A stretch of 64,000 bases of DNA from NCBI GenBank assembly GCA_038231435.1, contig JBBRLJ010000003.1:96001-160000 (forward strand), written 5' to 3'. This stretch comes from Planctomycetota bacterium (GTDB lineage Bacteria > Planctomycetota > UBA11346). Positions 8,527 through 17,096 of this stretch are shown here, piece after piece (within the stretch, counting starts at the first letter, position 1; each line of letters starts with the position of its first letter). The position numbers were made by a program, and so were the translations under genes. The notes beneath the pieces were generated by a model, which did no database searches, had not been told where the DNA came from, and was given only the letters and a program-made list of their open reading frames with translations.

Positions 8527-9654
8527 TCAGTGGTGCCGGAAGAACCAGATCACACCGGCGATGATGGCGATCAGCAAAACCGCGCCGACCAGCACCAGGT
8601 TGCCGAGCCCGCCCACCCCGCCGACATACCCCGACGAGCCGCCTGCCGACGACTTCTTGCCGCCGCGCGAGCGATTCGGCTCGGCGAGGACCGCCTCGAG
8701 ATCCTTGATCAACGCTCCGGCGCTCTGCGGACGCTTCGCTGCGTCCTTCGACAGCATGCCGTGGATGAGATCGGCAACGCCCACCGGGATGTCGGGCACG
8801 TGGCTCTGCACCGTCGCCGGCTCCTCGCGCAGCACCTTGGTCATCACCTCGGTGCCGTTCTTGCCGTCGAAGGGGATGACGCCGGTGACGGCCTGGTAGA
8901 ACGTCGCACCCAGGGCGTAGATGTCCGAGACGTTGTTCGCATCCTTGGCGTTGCGGATCTGCTCGGGCGGCATGTACGCCGGCGAGCCCATGGCGATGCC
9001 CTGCATGGTCAGGCCTCCGCCCGCCGCATCGTTGTCGACCTGCTTGGCGAGGCCGAGATCGGCGAGCTTGGCGTTCTTCTTGTCGTCGATCAGGATGTTC
9101 GCCGGCTTGATGTCGCGATGGATGATGCCTTCGCCGTGGATGTACTCGAGGGCTTTGGCCACCTGCATGATGTAGGTGACGGCCTCACGCCATTCGAGCT
9201 TGCCGGCTTCCTCGATCACGCCCGCGAAGGTCGTGCCGTCGATGAACTCCATGGTCAGGAAGTGGACGCCGCGGTCCTGTCCGCAGTCGTAGACTCCGAC
9301 CACGTTCGGATGCTTGATCTTCGCGCAGAGGTTGGCCTCGCGCTGGAAGCGGGTGACGATCTCCTTGTCGGCCGCGGCCTTGCTGGAGAGCATCTTGATC
9401 GCGACCTTGCGCCCGACCGACACCTGCTTGGCCTCATAGACCACGCCGAGCGCTCCCGCGCCCAAGCGCTTGATGAGCCTGCACCCTCCGATCTCCTGGT
9501 TGACCAGCTTGTCCTCGGCCGCCGCGGTATTGGCCGCGATGGTCATCTGGCGCTGGCAGTAGGGACACGGCACGGTCCGGCCGACCAACTTGGCGTGGGC
9601 GCGGAACTCATGGTTGCAGAATTTGCAGGTTTGGAGGAAGGCGTCGGTGGTCAC
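8527..9654 (-). CDS. Hanks-type Ser/Thr kinase with N-terminal zinc ribbon and C-terminal TM anchor
   Basis: CKFC...CPYC; LGAGALGVVY, VAIK, IIHRDIKPANIL, DLG, GSPAYMPPEQ, DIYALG; terminal hydrophobic helix. Confidence 0.92.
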   Translation of the reverse strand: MTTDAFLQTCKFCNHEFRAHAKLVGRTVPCPYCQRQMTIAANTAAAEDKLVNQEIGGCRLIKRLGAGALGVVYEAKQVSVGRKVAIKMLSSKAAADKEIVTRFQREANLCAKIKHPNVVGVYDCGQDRGVHFLTMEFIDGTTFAGVIEEAGKLEWREAVTYIMQVAKALEYIHGEGIIHRDIKPANILIDDKKNAKLADLGLAKQVDNDAAGGGLTMQGIAMGSPAYMPPEQIRNAKDANNVSDIYALGATFYQAVTGVIPFDGKNGTEVMTKVLREEPATVQSHVPDIPVGVADLIHGMLSKDAAKRPQSAGALIKDLEAVLAEPNRSRGGKKSSAGGSSGYVGGVGGLGNLVLVGAVLLIAIIAGVIWFFRHH

Positions 9655-9784
9655 GATGTATGGTCCTGCATGAGATCAGCGAAGTTCCTGCGAGCCGGCT
9701 TTGCCCATCCGTGGGTTGCGGCCGGTGGGCAAGCCATCATGGGCGCCTTTCCACCGGTTCCAGAAGGGATACCGTGCTGGAACG

Positions 9785-10600
9785 ATGGCAGATGCAGCAG
9801 ATCCGTTCCGCCTGTCCGCGGAGACCCCAGCCGAGGGCCGGCCGCTCGACCAGGCGAGCGCGGTAGCGGCGGCGCTCGGTCATCGCGTCGGTGACGCGCG
9901 CCTGCTGTCGCGTGCCTTCACCCACGCCAGCCGCTGCGGCGCCCAGGCGAGCCTGGCCGAGAAGCTGCGCGACGCCAACGAGCGGCTCGAGTTCCTCGGC
10001 GACGCGGTGCTCGGGGCAGCGATCGCGCAGCTGCTGTTCGAACGCTTTCCCGACGCCGACGAGGGCCAGCTGTCGCGCCTGCGCTCGACCCTCGCGAGCC
10101 GCGCCACGCTCGCGCGCGCGATCGAGGCCATCGGCCTGCTGCCGTACTGCCTGGCCGGCGCGCAGATGGGGCCGCGCCACGATGCCTGGCCGGACTCGGT
10201 GAAGGCCAACCTGATGGAGAGCGTCCTCGCCGCCATCCATCTCGACGGCGGTTGGGACCCGCTGCGCGTCGCGGTGGCGCGCCTGCTCGCACCCTGGATC
10301 GATGATCCGGAAGCCGGACGCCGCGACGCGCGCATGCGCCTCCAGGAATGGAGCCTCGAGCACCACAAGCGCCTGCCCGACTACACCTGCGAGCGCAGCG
10401 GTGGCAGCGATCACCAGCCCGAATTCAGTTCGAGCGTGACCGTCGCGGGCCGTACCGCTGACGGGCGCGGCACGAGCCGCCGCCGCGCCGAGGCCGCGGC
10501 GGCGGAGGCGTTCCTTGCCGACATGCCCGACCATGGCGGCGCTGTTGGCACGGAGGGCACGGAGAACGCTGCCCAGCCCAGGAGCACCGATGCCGATTGA
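9785..10600 (+). CDS. rnc: Ribonuclease III
   Basis: AFTHAS, NERLEFLGDAVL, EGQLSRLRS, C-terminal dsRBD (RLQEW...PDY...GxDHQPEF...GRGTSRRRAEAAAA). Confidence 0.93.
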   Translation: MADAADPFRLSAETPAEGRPLDQASAVAAALGHRVGDARLLSRAFTHASRCGAQASLAEKLRDANERLEFLGDAVLGAAIAQLLFERFPDADEGQLSRLRSTLASRATLARAIEAIGLLPYCLAGAQMGPRHDAWPDSVKANLMESVLAAIHLDGGWDPLRVAVARLLAPWIDDPEAGRRDARMRLQEWSLEHHKRLPDYTCERSGGSDHQPEFSSSVTVAGRTADGRGTSRRRAEAAAAEAFLADMPDHGGAVGTEGTENAAQPRSTDAD

Positions 10601-10913
10601 AGGCCTCGCCGATCCGAAGCTGCATCGCCTGTGCGTGCGCTGCCGCAAGTGGTTCAACCCTGACGAGGGCGTGCTCGACTTTCCCTCGGCCACCGGGCCG
10701 ATCGGGTTCATCATGGGCATGTCGGCGCGCGTCGCCGACGACGAATCGAAGATGAAATTCTACTGCCTGGCCTGCCACGCCACGCGCAAGAAGCGGAAAT
10801 CGAGCGCCTTGACCACCATCCTGAGCATCACCGCCGCCGCCGGCGCGATCGGCGGGCTGTGGTACTCCGGCCAGCTCGAGCGCTGGTTCAACGCCTTGAT
10901 GAGCGGCATGTGA
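10590..10913 (+). CDS. Small putative zinc-binding membrane protein
   Basis: CVRC and CLAC pairs plus a C-terminal TM helix; overlaps the end of rnc. Confidence 0.65.
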   Translation: MPIEGLADPKLHRLCVRCRKWFNPDEGVLDFPSATGPIGFIMGMSARVADDESKMKFYCLACHATRKKRKSSALTTILSITAAAGAIGGLWYSGQLERWFNALMSGM

Positions 10914-10968
10914 GCGAATGTCGGTAGGCCTCCGCCGACACGGCTGAGCCCACCTGCCGCCGGCGGCG

Positions 10969-11535
10969 TCAGGCGGCCTTGCCGAGCGCCTCGCTGCGCT
11001 TCATCAGCGCACAGGTCATCCATCCGCCGAGGCCAAGTGGCGCCGCGATGACGGTGGTGAGCACGCCGATGGGCCACGCCAGCGGCAGGATCAGGGCCAC
11101 CAGGCCGACCACCGTCTGCGCCAGGCCGGTGCGATCGGGCAACACCCGCGCGCCGAGAGACCGCGCGCTGGTGGCCAGACCGGTGGCGACCGCGAAGAAG
11201 GCGACCGCCCCCAGCAGTGGGCGTCCTGGCACGATGCCCAGCACGATCAGCGCCCTGAAGCCGACCGCCACCACGGCCAGCACCGCGAAGCCGACCAGGA
11301 AGGATACCACTGGACGCTCGGCGAGGCGCAGGGTGCCGAGGCGTTGACGATCTGGAGCGACCATCGACATGAGCAGCGCGATGCCGGCGAGACTCGCCAG
11401 CACATCCATGTGCAGCGCATGATGCTGCTCGAGCAGCATCATCGCCCGCAAGGCGCGGTGCTGGAGCGTGGGAGCGGGATCGGCGCCGGGCGCGTTTTCC
11501 GCGGCCGCGAAGAAGTCGTCGATGGCATCGCTCAT
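10969..11535 (-). CDS. Multi-pass membrane protein in the ECF operon
   Basis: Starts MSDAIDDFF; 4-5 hydrophobic helices; ATGA overlap with the upstream gene. Confidence 0.7.
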   Translation of the reverse strand: MSDAIDDFFAAAENAPGADPAPTLQHRALRAMMLLEQHHALHMDVLASLAGIALLMSMVAPDRQRLGTLRLAERPVVSFLVGFAVLAVVAVGFRALIVLGIVPGRPLLGAVAFFAVATGLATSARSLGARVLPDRTGLAQTVVGLVALILPLAWPIGVLTTVIAAPLGLGGWMTCALMKRSEALGKAA

Positions 11536-11858
11536 GGGTTGATCCTCCGGTGATCGTTGATCGTCAATAGCACAACGGCCAGCACCGCCGCCGCACCGCA
11601 CATCTCCACGAGCAGGTCCACAGCAGTACCAGCGTCGACGAGCCGCGACCAGCCGATCGCCGACAGCGGATCGATGGGCACCAGCAGCGACGCGACGGCG
11701 GCGACCCCGGCGGCGAGCCACCACGAGACGCTGGCCGGGATCGGGGACATGGATGCGGGCACGAGCGCCATGACCGCGGCGGTGAACGCCGGATCGGGCG
11801 CGCGCTCGGAATCGCGCGGCGGATGCTCGAGCAGCTGGCGCAAGCGCGGGTCGTTCAT
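11532..11858 (-). CDS. Putative membrane anti-sigma factor
   Basis: MNDPRLRQLL...APDPAFTAAVMALVP (PxxFxxxVM motif common in anti-sigma N-termini) plus two TM helices; ATGA overlap with the ECF gene. Confidence 0.7.
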   Translation of the reverse strand: MNDPRLRQLLEHPPRDSERAPDPAFTAAVMALVPASMSPIPASVSWWLAAGVAAVASLLVPIDPLSAIGWSRLVDAGTAVDLLVEMCGAAAVLAVVLLTINDHRRINP

Positions 11859-12493
11859 CGGGGGCGTTCCTGATCGTGGTTCACGTGGCTGGTCACCTGG
11901 CTGGTCACCTGGCTGATAGCCTGACTCGAAGGTGGAGGATCGGCATCGAGGCCGAGCGACTCGGCGAGGACGTTGCGCAGGCGGTGGACGCGCACCTTGA
12001 GCGCGTTCTCGCTGACGCCGAAGTGGTGCGCGAGCTCGGCGAGCGTGCACTCCTGGCGGAAACGCAGCTCGTAGAGCGCGCGCGCATCCGCCGGCAGGGC
12101 CGCGAGTGCGGTTTCCAGGCGACGCTCCAGCTCTCCGGCCGCGTCGGCCTGCGCGTACGCCAACGCCGGATCGCCGGCGCCGCCCGCGCGCTCTGGCAAT
12201 GCGTCGCACGCCGGGCGCTCGCGGCGGCGCGCCGCATGGTTGGCAGCGAGCCGGCTGGCGATCACCAGCAGCCAGCCGCGGAACGGATACGCGGGATCGA
12301 AGCGGGCGAGCGCCTGGTAGGCGCGGACGAAGGTGTCCTGGGCGAGATCCTCGGCATCGTCGCGGCCGACGCAGCGCGCCAAGTGGGCGATGATGCGCCC
12401 CTGGTGCCGATCGACCAGTGCCGCGAACGCCTCGCGATCGCCCGCGAGCACCCTCGCCACGTCGCGCCGGTCCGCGTCGGCGGTGAAGCTCAT
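11855..12493 (-). CDS. ECF RNA polymerase sigma factor
   Basis: GDREAFAALVDRH, DAEDLAQDTFVRAY, FRGWL, region 4 LAELAHHFGVSENALKVRVHR. Confidence 0.9.
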   Translation of the reverse strand: MSFTADADRRDVARVLAGDREAFAALVDRHQGRIIAHLARCVGRDDAEDLAQDTFVRAYQALARFDPAYPFRGWLLVIASRLAANHAARRRERPACDALPERAGGAGDPALAYAQADAAGELERRLETALAALPADARALYELRFRQECTLAELAHHFGVSENALKVRVHRLRNVLAESLGLDADPPPSSQAISQVTSQVTSHVNHDQERPR

Positions 12494-12527
12494 GCGAACG
12501 CATCCGCGCGTGCTCGCTGCGCATCGC

Positions 12528-13382
12528 TCACTCGGCCCCGCCAACGCGGCCGCCGTCTCCTCGGTCGGTGGCTCGCTGCCCCAGCCGATCCCCGATGCGC
12601 TGGACCATGCGCGCTATCGCCTCGTGGCGCAGATCGGCGGGCACGCTCGCGATCACGTCGAGCCGCGTCCCTGCGCGCGTCAGCGTGGTGGCGCCGAGCA
12701 GCCGCTCGGCATCCATCGCACGCGGCAGCTTGCCCTTGGCACCGACCTCGACCATGTCGCGCATGACACCGAAGCGGCGTTCGAGTTCAACGGCCGCCGC
12801 CGGGTCATGGGCGGTGACGGACACGGCGATGTGTCCGGCGCCGTCGCTGGTGAGATCGCAGGCGCTCATCAGGGCCATGCACTCGGCGCGCGGATGCGCG
12901 CCTGGGACCAGGTGCGCTGAGATCGCGGTAACCGGGGCCGTTGGAAGCGGGTGGATGGAAGCCTGCTCCAGACGATCGCCGCGTCCGATCAACGCCTCGG
13001 TGTCGGAGATCGCGACGAACAACACCAGGGGATGACGCGGCAGGGCGTAGCCGATGCGCCTGTCGGGAAGCGCCGTCCCCGCTCCGCGCAACGCCAGGGC
13101 GCTGGCGATGCGCTGGGCGGGTAGGCCGACCAGACGGACCGTGGGCCCGCCCGCGTCGGGGAGCTCGATCACCACCCGGGTCAGGTCGCGCCGCGGGTCG
13201 AAGCCGAACAGGCTGTCCAGCGCCTTCAGCCGCGCGCTCGCCGCCGCCGGCAGCAGCGCGTCGAGCTGCTGCCGTATCTGCGCGGCCTCGGGCGCTTGGC
13301 GCAGCTTGACCAGGTCGATGTCCACGGAGAGGGCGGCGTGCAGGCTCACGGTGGTGGCCAGGAGCAGGAATGGGCGCAGCAT
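12528..13382 (-). CDS. Exported hypothetical protein
   Basis: Signal peptide MLRPFLLLATTVSLHA; lies directly upstream of the ECF gene on the same strand. Confidence 0.65.
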   Translation of the reverse strand: MLRPFLLLATTVSLHAALSVDIDLVKLRQAPEAAQIRQQLDALLPAAASARLKALDSLFGFDPRRDLTRVVIELPDAGGPTVRLVGLPAQRIASALALRGAGTALPDRRIGYALPRHPLVLFVAISDTEALIGRGDRLEQASIHPLPTAPVTAISAHLVPGAHPRAECMALMSACDLTSDGAGHIAVSVTAHDPAAAVELERRFGVMRDMVEVGAKGKLPRAMDAERLLGATTLTRAGTRLDVIASVPADLRHEAIARMVQRIGDRLGQRATDRGDGGRVGGAE

Positions 13383-13510
13383 GGTGACCTCGGACGTCGT
13401 GGAAGATGGTGTGGTGGGTGTTGCTGAAGAGGGATACCGCCCATGCCGCGCATGGTTACCGGGCCTTTGCCACCAGTGGCCAGCGCGCCGCCGCCGCGTA
13501 CGCTGCGGGC

Positions 13511-13891
13511 ATGCCATCGCCCAGCGACAATCGGCAGTTCATGCGTGTCGCCACCGAGGTCGAAGCCGAGATCCGCGGCGCCGGCGGGACGGTCACCGGC
13601 GCCACCCGCGACCTCAGCCTCAAGGGCCTGTTCATCCATGTAGCCGTGCCGTTTCCCGAGGGTTCCACCTGCCGCATCACCCTGTTCCTCGACGGACGCG
13701 GCGGCGACATCGACATCGAGGCAAACGGCTACGTCGCGCGCTCGCTGATCGACGGCATGGCGATCGAATTCACCGAACTCATCGGCCTCGAGAGCTGGGA
13801 CCACCTGCGCAACCTGGTGCTCTACAACGCCGAGGAGCCGATCCGCGCGCAGGAGCAGTTCGCCGGGCACGTGGGCCTGAAGCGCCGCTGA
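13511..13891 (+). CDS. PilZ-domain protein (c-di-GMP binding)
   Basis: RQFMR (RxxxR) and DLSLKG (D/NxSxxG) motifs, GMAIEF. Confidence 0.88.
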   Translation: MPSPSDNRQFMRVATEVEAEIRGAGGTVTGATRDLSLKGLFIHVAVPFPEGSTCRITLFLDGRGGDIDIEANGYVARSLIDGMAIEFTELIGLESWDHLRNLVLYNAEEPIRAQEQFAGHVGLKRR

Positions 13892-13896
13892 TTCTC

Positions 13897-14013
13897 CAGG
13901 GCTCCGCCTCCCAGACCCCCACGCCCTTCGTCATCCCTCTTTCTGGCCGCCGTGCGGCCAGATAGTTTGCGTGATGGGCTGCGCCCATTGTTCACGCAAA
14001 CCGGGACTCGGCG
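13897..14013 (-). repeat. Multi-hairpin intergenic element, copy B
   Basis: Minus strand reads CGCCGAG-TCCCG-GTTTGCGTG-AACA-ATGGGC-GCA-GCCCAT-CACGCAAAC-TA-TCTGGCCGC-ACG-GCGGCCAGA...GACGAAG...GGGGGTCTGGGAGGCGGAGCCC. Confidence 0.8.
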
Positions 14014-14215
14014 GGCGCTCGCAGCGAGCGCCGTTCGGGCTGGAGAAGCCGCGCCCGTGCGCTTACGGACGGTTGTCGCCCTCAATCCTCGCCGCCCGCA
14101 AGCAGAATGAGCGGGTGATTTGCTGCGCACATGAATCGCAGTTCATGACCTGGGACCATGCAGGACCAAAATACCGCTGAGAAGTTCTTACCATGAAGCG
14201 GCGACAGCCGCCGAC

Positions 14216-14331
14216 CGCCGAGGCCTGGTTTGCGTGAACAATGGCGAAGCCATCACGCAAACGATCTGACCCGAAGGGCCAGATCGAAGGGCGACTAAAG
14301 GTCGCGGGGGGTTTGGGGGGCTCGCCCCCCG
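14216..14331 (+). repeat. Multi-hairpin intergenic element, copy C (inverted relative to copy B)
   Basis: CGCCGAG-GCCTG-GTTTGCGTG-AACA-ATGGC-GAA-GCCAT-CACGCAAAC-GATCTGACCC-GAA-GGGCCAGATC...GCGAC-TAAAG-GTCGC-GGGGGGTTTGGGGGGCTCGCCCCCC. Confidence 0.8.
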
Positions 14332-14332
14332 A

Positions 14333-14938
14333 TTATTTGTACTTGGAGCGATTGATGTCCTTCGCGATCTTCGAGTTGCCTTCCCACACCAGCTTCTGGG
14401 ACTTGATCTCGGTGAGGTTGAGGTCGGTCGAGTAGAACTTCTGCTTCTCATTGCCCGCGGCGTCGTGCTGCACCTCGATCGCGCCCTCGAGCAGGAAGTC
14501 AGCGCCGGTCTCCTGGAAGCTCTCTTTGCGGGTCTCGGCCGAGGCGTTGATGTCCTGGTCCTTGCGCTCCTCGCGGGCCTGGTCCTTCTCGCCGCGCGAG
14601 GCGACGACCTCGACCTTGCCTGTCTTGCGCAGAGCGCGGCGGATGTCGTTGGTGAAGATGTTGGTGGAGATGTCCTCGGTCGAGCGGTTCTTGACGCTGC
14701 CGACCTGGATCACCGGATCGCGGCCGTTCTTCTCACGGAACTTCTCGAGCCACGGGTCGGAGGTCACGTCGGCGATGATGGTCGAGGCCACCTGCTGGCT
14801 GTCGGTGGCGTTCCAGTTGCCTGACAGGTCGCGGACGGCGTTCGGATCGGTGCGGTTGACGGTGGTCTCGCCGCAGCCGGCGACGAGCAGTGCGGAACCG
14901 AGGGCGAGCGAGGCGAGCAGGGTGCGGACGGGCGACAT
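14333..14938 (-). CDS. lpoB: Penicillin-binding protein activator LpoB-family lipoprotein (COG3417-like)
   Basis: Lipobox LVAGC; DLSGNWNATDSQ, VKNRSTEDI, GADFLLEGAI, LTEIKSQKLVWEG. Confidence 0.78.
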   Translation of the reverse strand: MSPVRTLLASLALGSALLVAGCGETTVNRTDPNAVRDLSGNWNATDSQQVASTIIADVTSDPWLEKFREKNGRDPVIQVGSVKNRSTEDISTNIFTNDIRRALRKTGKVEVVASRGEKDQAREERKDQDINASAETRKESFQETGADFLLEGAIEVQHDAAGNEKQKFYSTDLNLTEIKSQKLVWEGNSKIAKDINRSKYK

Positions 14939-15063
14939 GGAGGCTCCTAGAGGTCGACGTGAGGTTGGCTTTTCGGGGAAGCTTTGGCAGTAAGGTCGGG
15001 TGGGGACGGTCGGTTTCACGAAAGATCGCGGCGATGGGATCACACGGAGCGGCGCGGGCTGGC

Positions 15064-16773
15064 TCACTTGCTCGGCTCGGACATGCGTTCAGGGAAGGTG
15101 CGGCTCGGCACCACCAGCAGCTGGCCCTCGCGCACGGTCACCGGGCCCAGGGGCACGACACCATACCGGGTGTCCAGCTCCAGGGAATACTTGCCGGCCG
15201 GCACATCGATCAGCGCCGCCTGCACGTGGTCTGGAAGGGTCGTCCAGGCGCGCGTATCCGCCGATTCGCTGACCGTGGCGGTGGCGCTGCCGACCAGGTT
15301 CACCAAGGCCCCGAGCACGGCCCCCTCGGCGCCACCGACCGCCTTCTTGGTCTGCACCGCCCCCTGGGCGGCGAGCACCTGCTTGGAGAGCGCGCGGGAG
15401 AGGGTCTTCACCAGCAGTTTCGGCTGCTCGTCCTTGAGCGTGGCGCGGGCGTAGGCGTCGACATCGCTGACCACTTCGAGATCGGCATCGATCGGGGTCA
15501 GCGGTGAGTCGGCCGCGAGCGGCCTCACCACCACCCGCGCGGCGGTCGGCCGGCCGAGATCCTTGTCGTGTACCGGAACCTCGAAGCCCATCACCGCCAT
15601 GCCGCCAGGCGTGAGGTAGCGCATCAGGTCGGTGGGCAACGGCACCACCCAGGCACCGACCACGTCGCTGCCCGGCCCCTTGGCCCAGAAGCCCATGCCG
15701 CCGATGGTGAAGTGCGATTCGCTCGCTCCACTCTCGCGATCACGCGCGGTCATGCCCGGCGCGATCGAGCCGAAGCCGATCGACAGCACCTGCGGGCGCG
15801 CCACGAAACCGACATGATCGAGGATCAGGATCATGCCCTGGCCGCGCGGCAGCCCGGCGTGCGGATCGGCGGACAACTTGTAATGCTCAGCCGCCTTCTC
15901 GTAGTCGCCCGGGTCGTAGGCGAGCGCGTGGCGCAGGAACAACCGCTCGACCACGCGCGGACGATGCTCGATGCCGTAACGGAAATGCTGGTCGTGGGCG
16001 AGCGCCTTGGCCTCGGCATCGTAGGCGTCGAGCGCGCGCTTGAACATCACTTGCGCGAATTGCTGGTCGGTGTCGCGGCGGCTACCGGGCGGGAGGGCCC
16101 AGGTGACCGCGCCGGCCAGGAAGCGCGCGAACGGATCGTCGTGGTAGCGCAGCCCGCCGGCCGCGTCATCGGTCTCGCGCAGCTGATCCAGGGTCATGCG
16201 CCGCGCGCGCACCACCGCGCGCTCGTAATGCTCGGTGGCGGCCTCGAGCGCGGTCGCCTCGCCAGAACCGCCGGAGCCGCCTGAACCGATCAGGCCGAGT
16301 TCGCGCTCGGCCTCGACGAGGTGGTTGAGGATGCGATAGTAGTCGACCTGGATGTGCTCGTAGCCACGGCCGGCGTAGGGTCGCACGTTGTCGTTGAGCA
16401 GGAAGGTACCGGTCTCGGCGGCGAGGCTCTCGGTGCGGCGAGCGTCCACCAGATCCGCGGCATCGTCGAGATGGATGTCGCTCGCGGCATAGTCGCCGGC
16501 GATGTTGTCGATCATCCCGCGTTCCATGCGCCAGAGCAGGCGCTGCTTCTCGGGGATGTCGGCGTCCTTCTCGGCGTCCTTGTGCGGCTTCTTGGGCTCG
16601 TTGGCCTGCCGGCAGCCGTAGAGGTCGTTCATGCGCCACTTGGCGTTGACGTAGTCCCCCTGCTGGACCTCGAACTTGGCCTGCTGGCGCTCGCGGTCGA
16701 AATCGGAGCCGCATCCGGCGAGAGCGACCAGGGCTCCGACGCAGCAGACGGGGACGGACACCGAACGGACCAT
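15064..16773 (-). CDS. COG3014-like TPR lipoprotein
   Basis: Lipobox LAGC; LLWRMERG, LLNDNVRPYAGRGYE, ESADTRAWTTLP; typical neighbour of LpoB-family genes. Start uncertain (16773 or upstream). Confidence 0.75.
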   Translation of the reverse strand: MVRSVSVPVCCVGALVALAGCGSDFDRERQQAKFEVQQGDYVNAKWRMNDLYGCRQANEPKKPHKDAEKDADIPEKQRLLWRMERGMIDNIAGDYAASDIHLDDAADLVDARRTESLAAETGTFLLNDNVRPYAGRGYEHIQVDYYRILNHLVEAERELGLIGSGGSGGSGEATALEAATEHYERAVVRARRMTLDQLRETDDAAGGLRYHDDPFARFLAGAVTWALPPGSRRDTDQQFAQVMFKRALDAYDAEAKALAHDQHFRYGIEHRPRVVERLFLRHALAYDPGDYEKAAEHYKLSADPHAGLPRGQGMILILDHVGFVARPQVLSIGFGSIAPGMTARDRESGASESHFTIGGMGFWAKGPGSDVVGAWVVPLPTDLMRYLTPGGMAVMGFEVPVHDKDLGRPTAARVVVRPLAADSPLTPIDADLEVVSDVDAYARATLKDEQPKLLVKTLSRALSKQVLAAQGAVQTKKAVGGAEGAVLGALVNLVGSATATVSESADTRAWTTLPDHVQAALIDVPAGKYSLELDTRYGVVPLGPVTVREGQLLVVPSRTFPERMSEPSK

Positions 16774-16883
16774 CGCCGAAGCCTGGAAAGGGCGCATGCG
16801 CACGCAAGCCGGGAGACGCTGGCTGGGCGCCAAACCTACGCCGCCGACGCGGTTTGTGCGTGTTCCGAAGGCTCCGCGCGTCC

Positions 16884-16911
16884 TTGACCCCCCGCCACCG
16901 GGTCCTAGGGT
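16884..16911 (+). promoter_or_regulatory. Putative sigma70 promoter for tRNA-His
   Basis: TTGACC-16 bp-TAGGGT ending 17 bp before the tRNA. Confidence 0.5.
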
Positions 16912-16928
16912 TTCAATCCGCTTCGCAC

Positions 16929-17006
16929 GGACCTTGTAGCTCAGTTGGTTAGAGCGGAAGACTGTGGCTCTTCAGGTCGCGGGTTCGAACCCCGTCAGGG
17001 TCCCCA
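16929..17006 (+). tRNA. tRNA-His (GUG) with encoded G-1 and CCA
   Basis: G-1 then acceptor GACCTTG/CAGGGTC, C73, CCA; D arm GCTC/GAGC; anticodon stem GAAGA/TCTTC with loop CTGTGGC; T arm GCGGG-TTCGAAC-CCCGT. Confidence 0.97.
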
Positions 17007-17009
17007 AAG

Positions 17010-17038
17010 AAAAACCCCGGTGAATGCCGGGGTTTTTT
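17010..17038. terminator. Intrinsic, probably bidirectional, terminator
   Basis: AAAAACCCCGG-TGAATG-CCGGGGTTTTTT directly after the tRNA and facing the convergent GH116 gene. Confidence 0.88.
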
Positions 17039-17096
17039 GTTTTCCGGCTCTATCGCGAGCGTGGATATAGTTGTAGCTTCGCTCGCCTCGGTGCCG

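Noticed and set aside
13892..14332. Known riboswitch, 6S, SRP, RNase P or tmRNA in the pilZ-lpoB gap
   Set aside because: No diagnostic motif recognised and the position is 3' of both genes; reported as an unclassified structured repeat. An Rfam scan is needed to exclude these formally.
14333..16773. LpoB plus COG3014-like lipoprotein as a novel system
   Set aside because: This gene pairing is a recognised, widespread arrangement.
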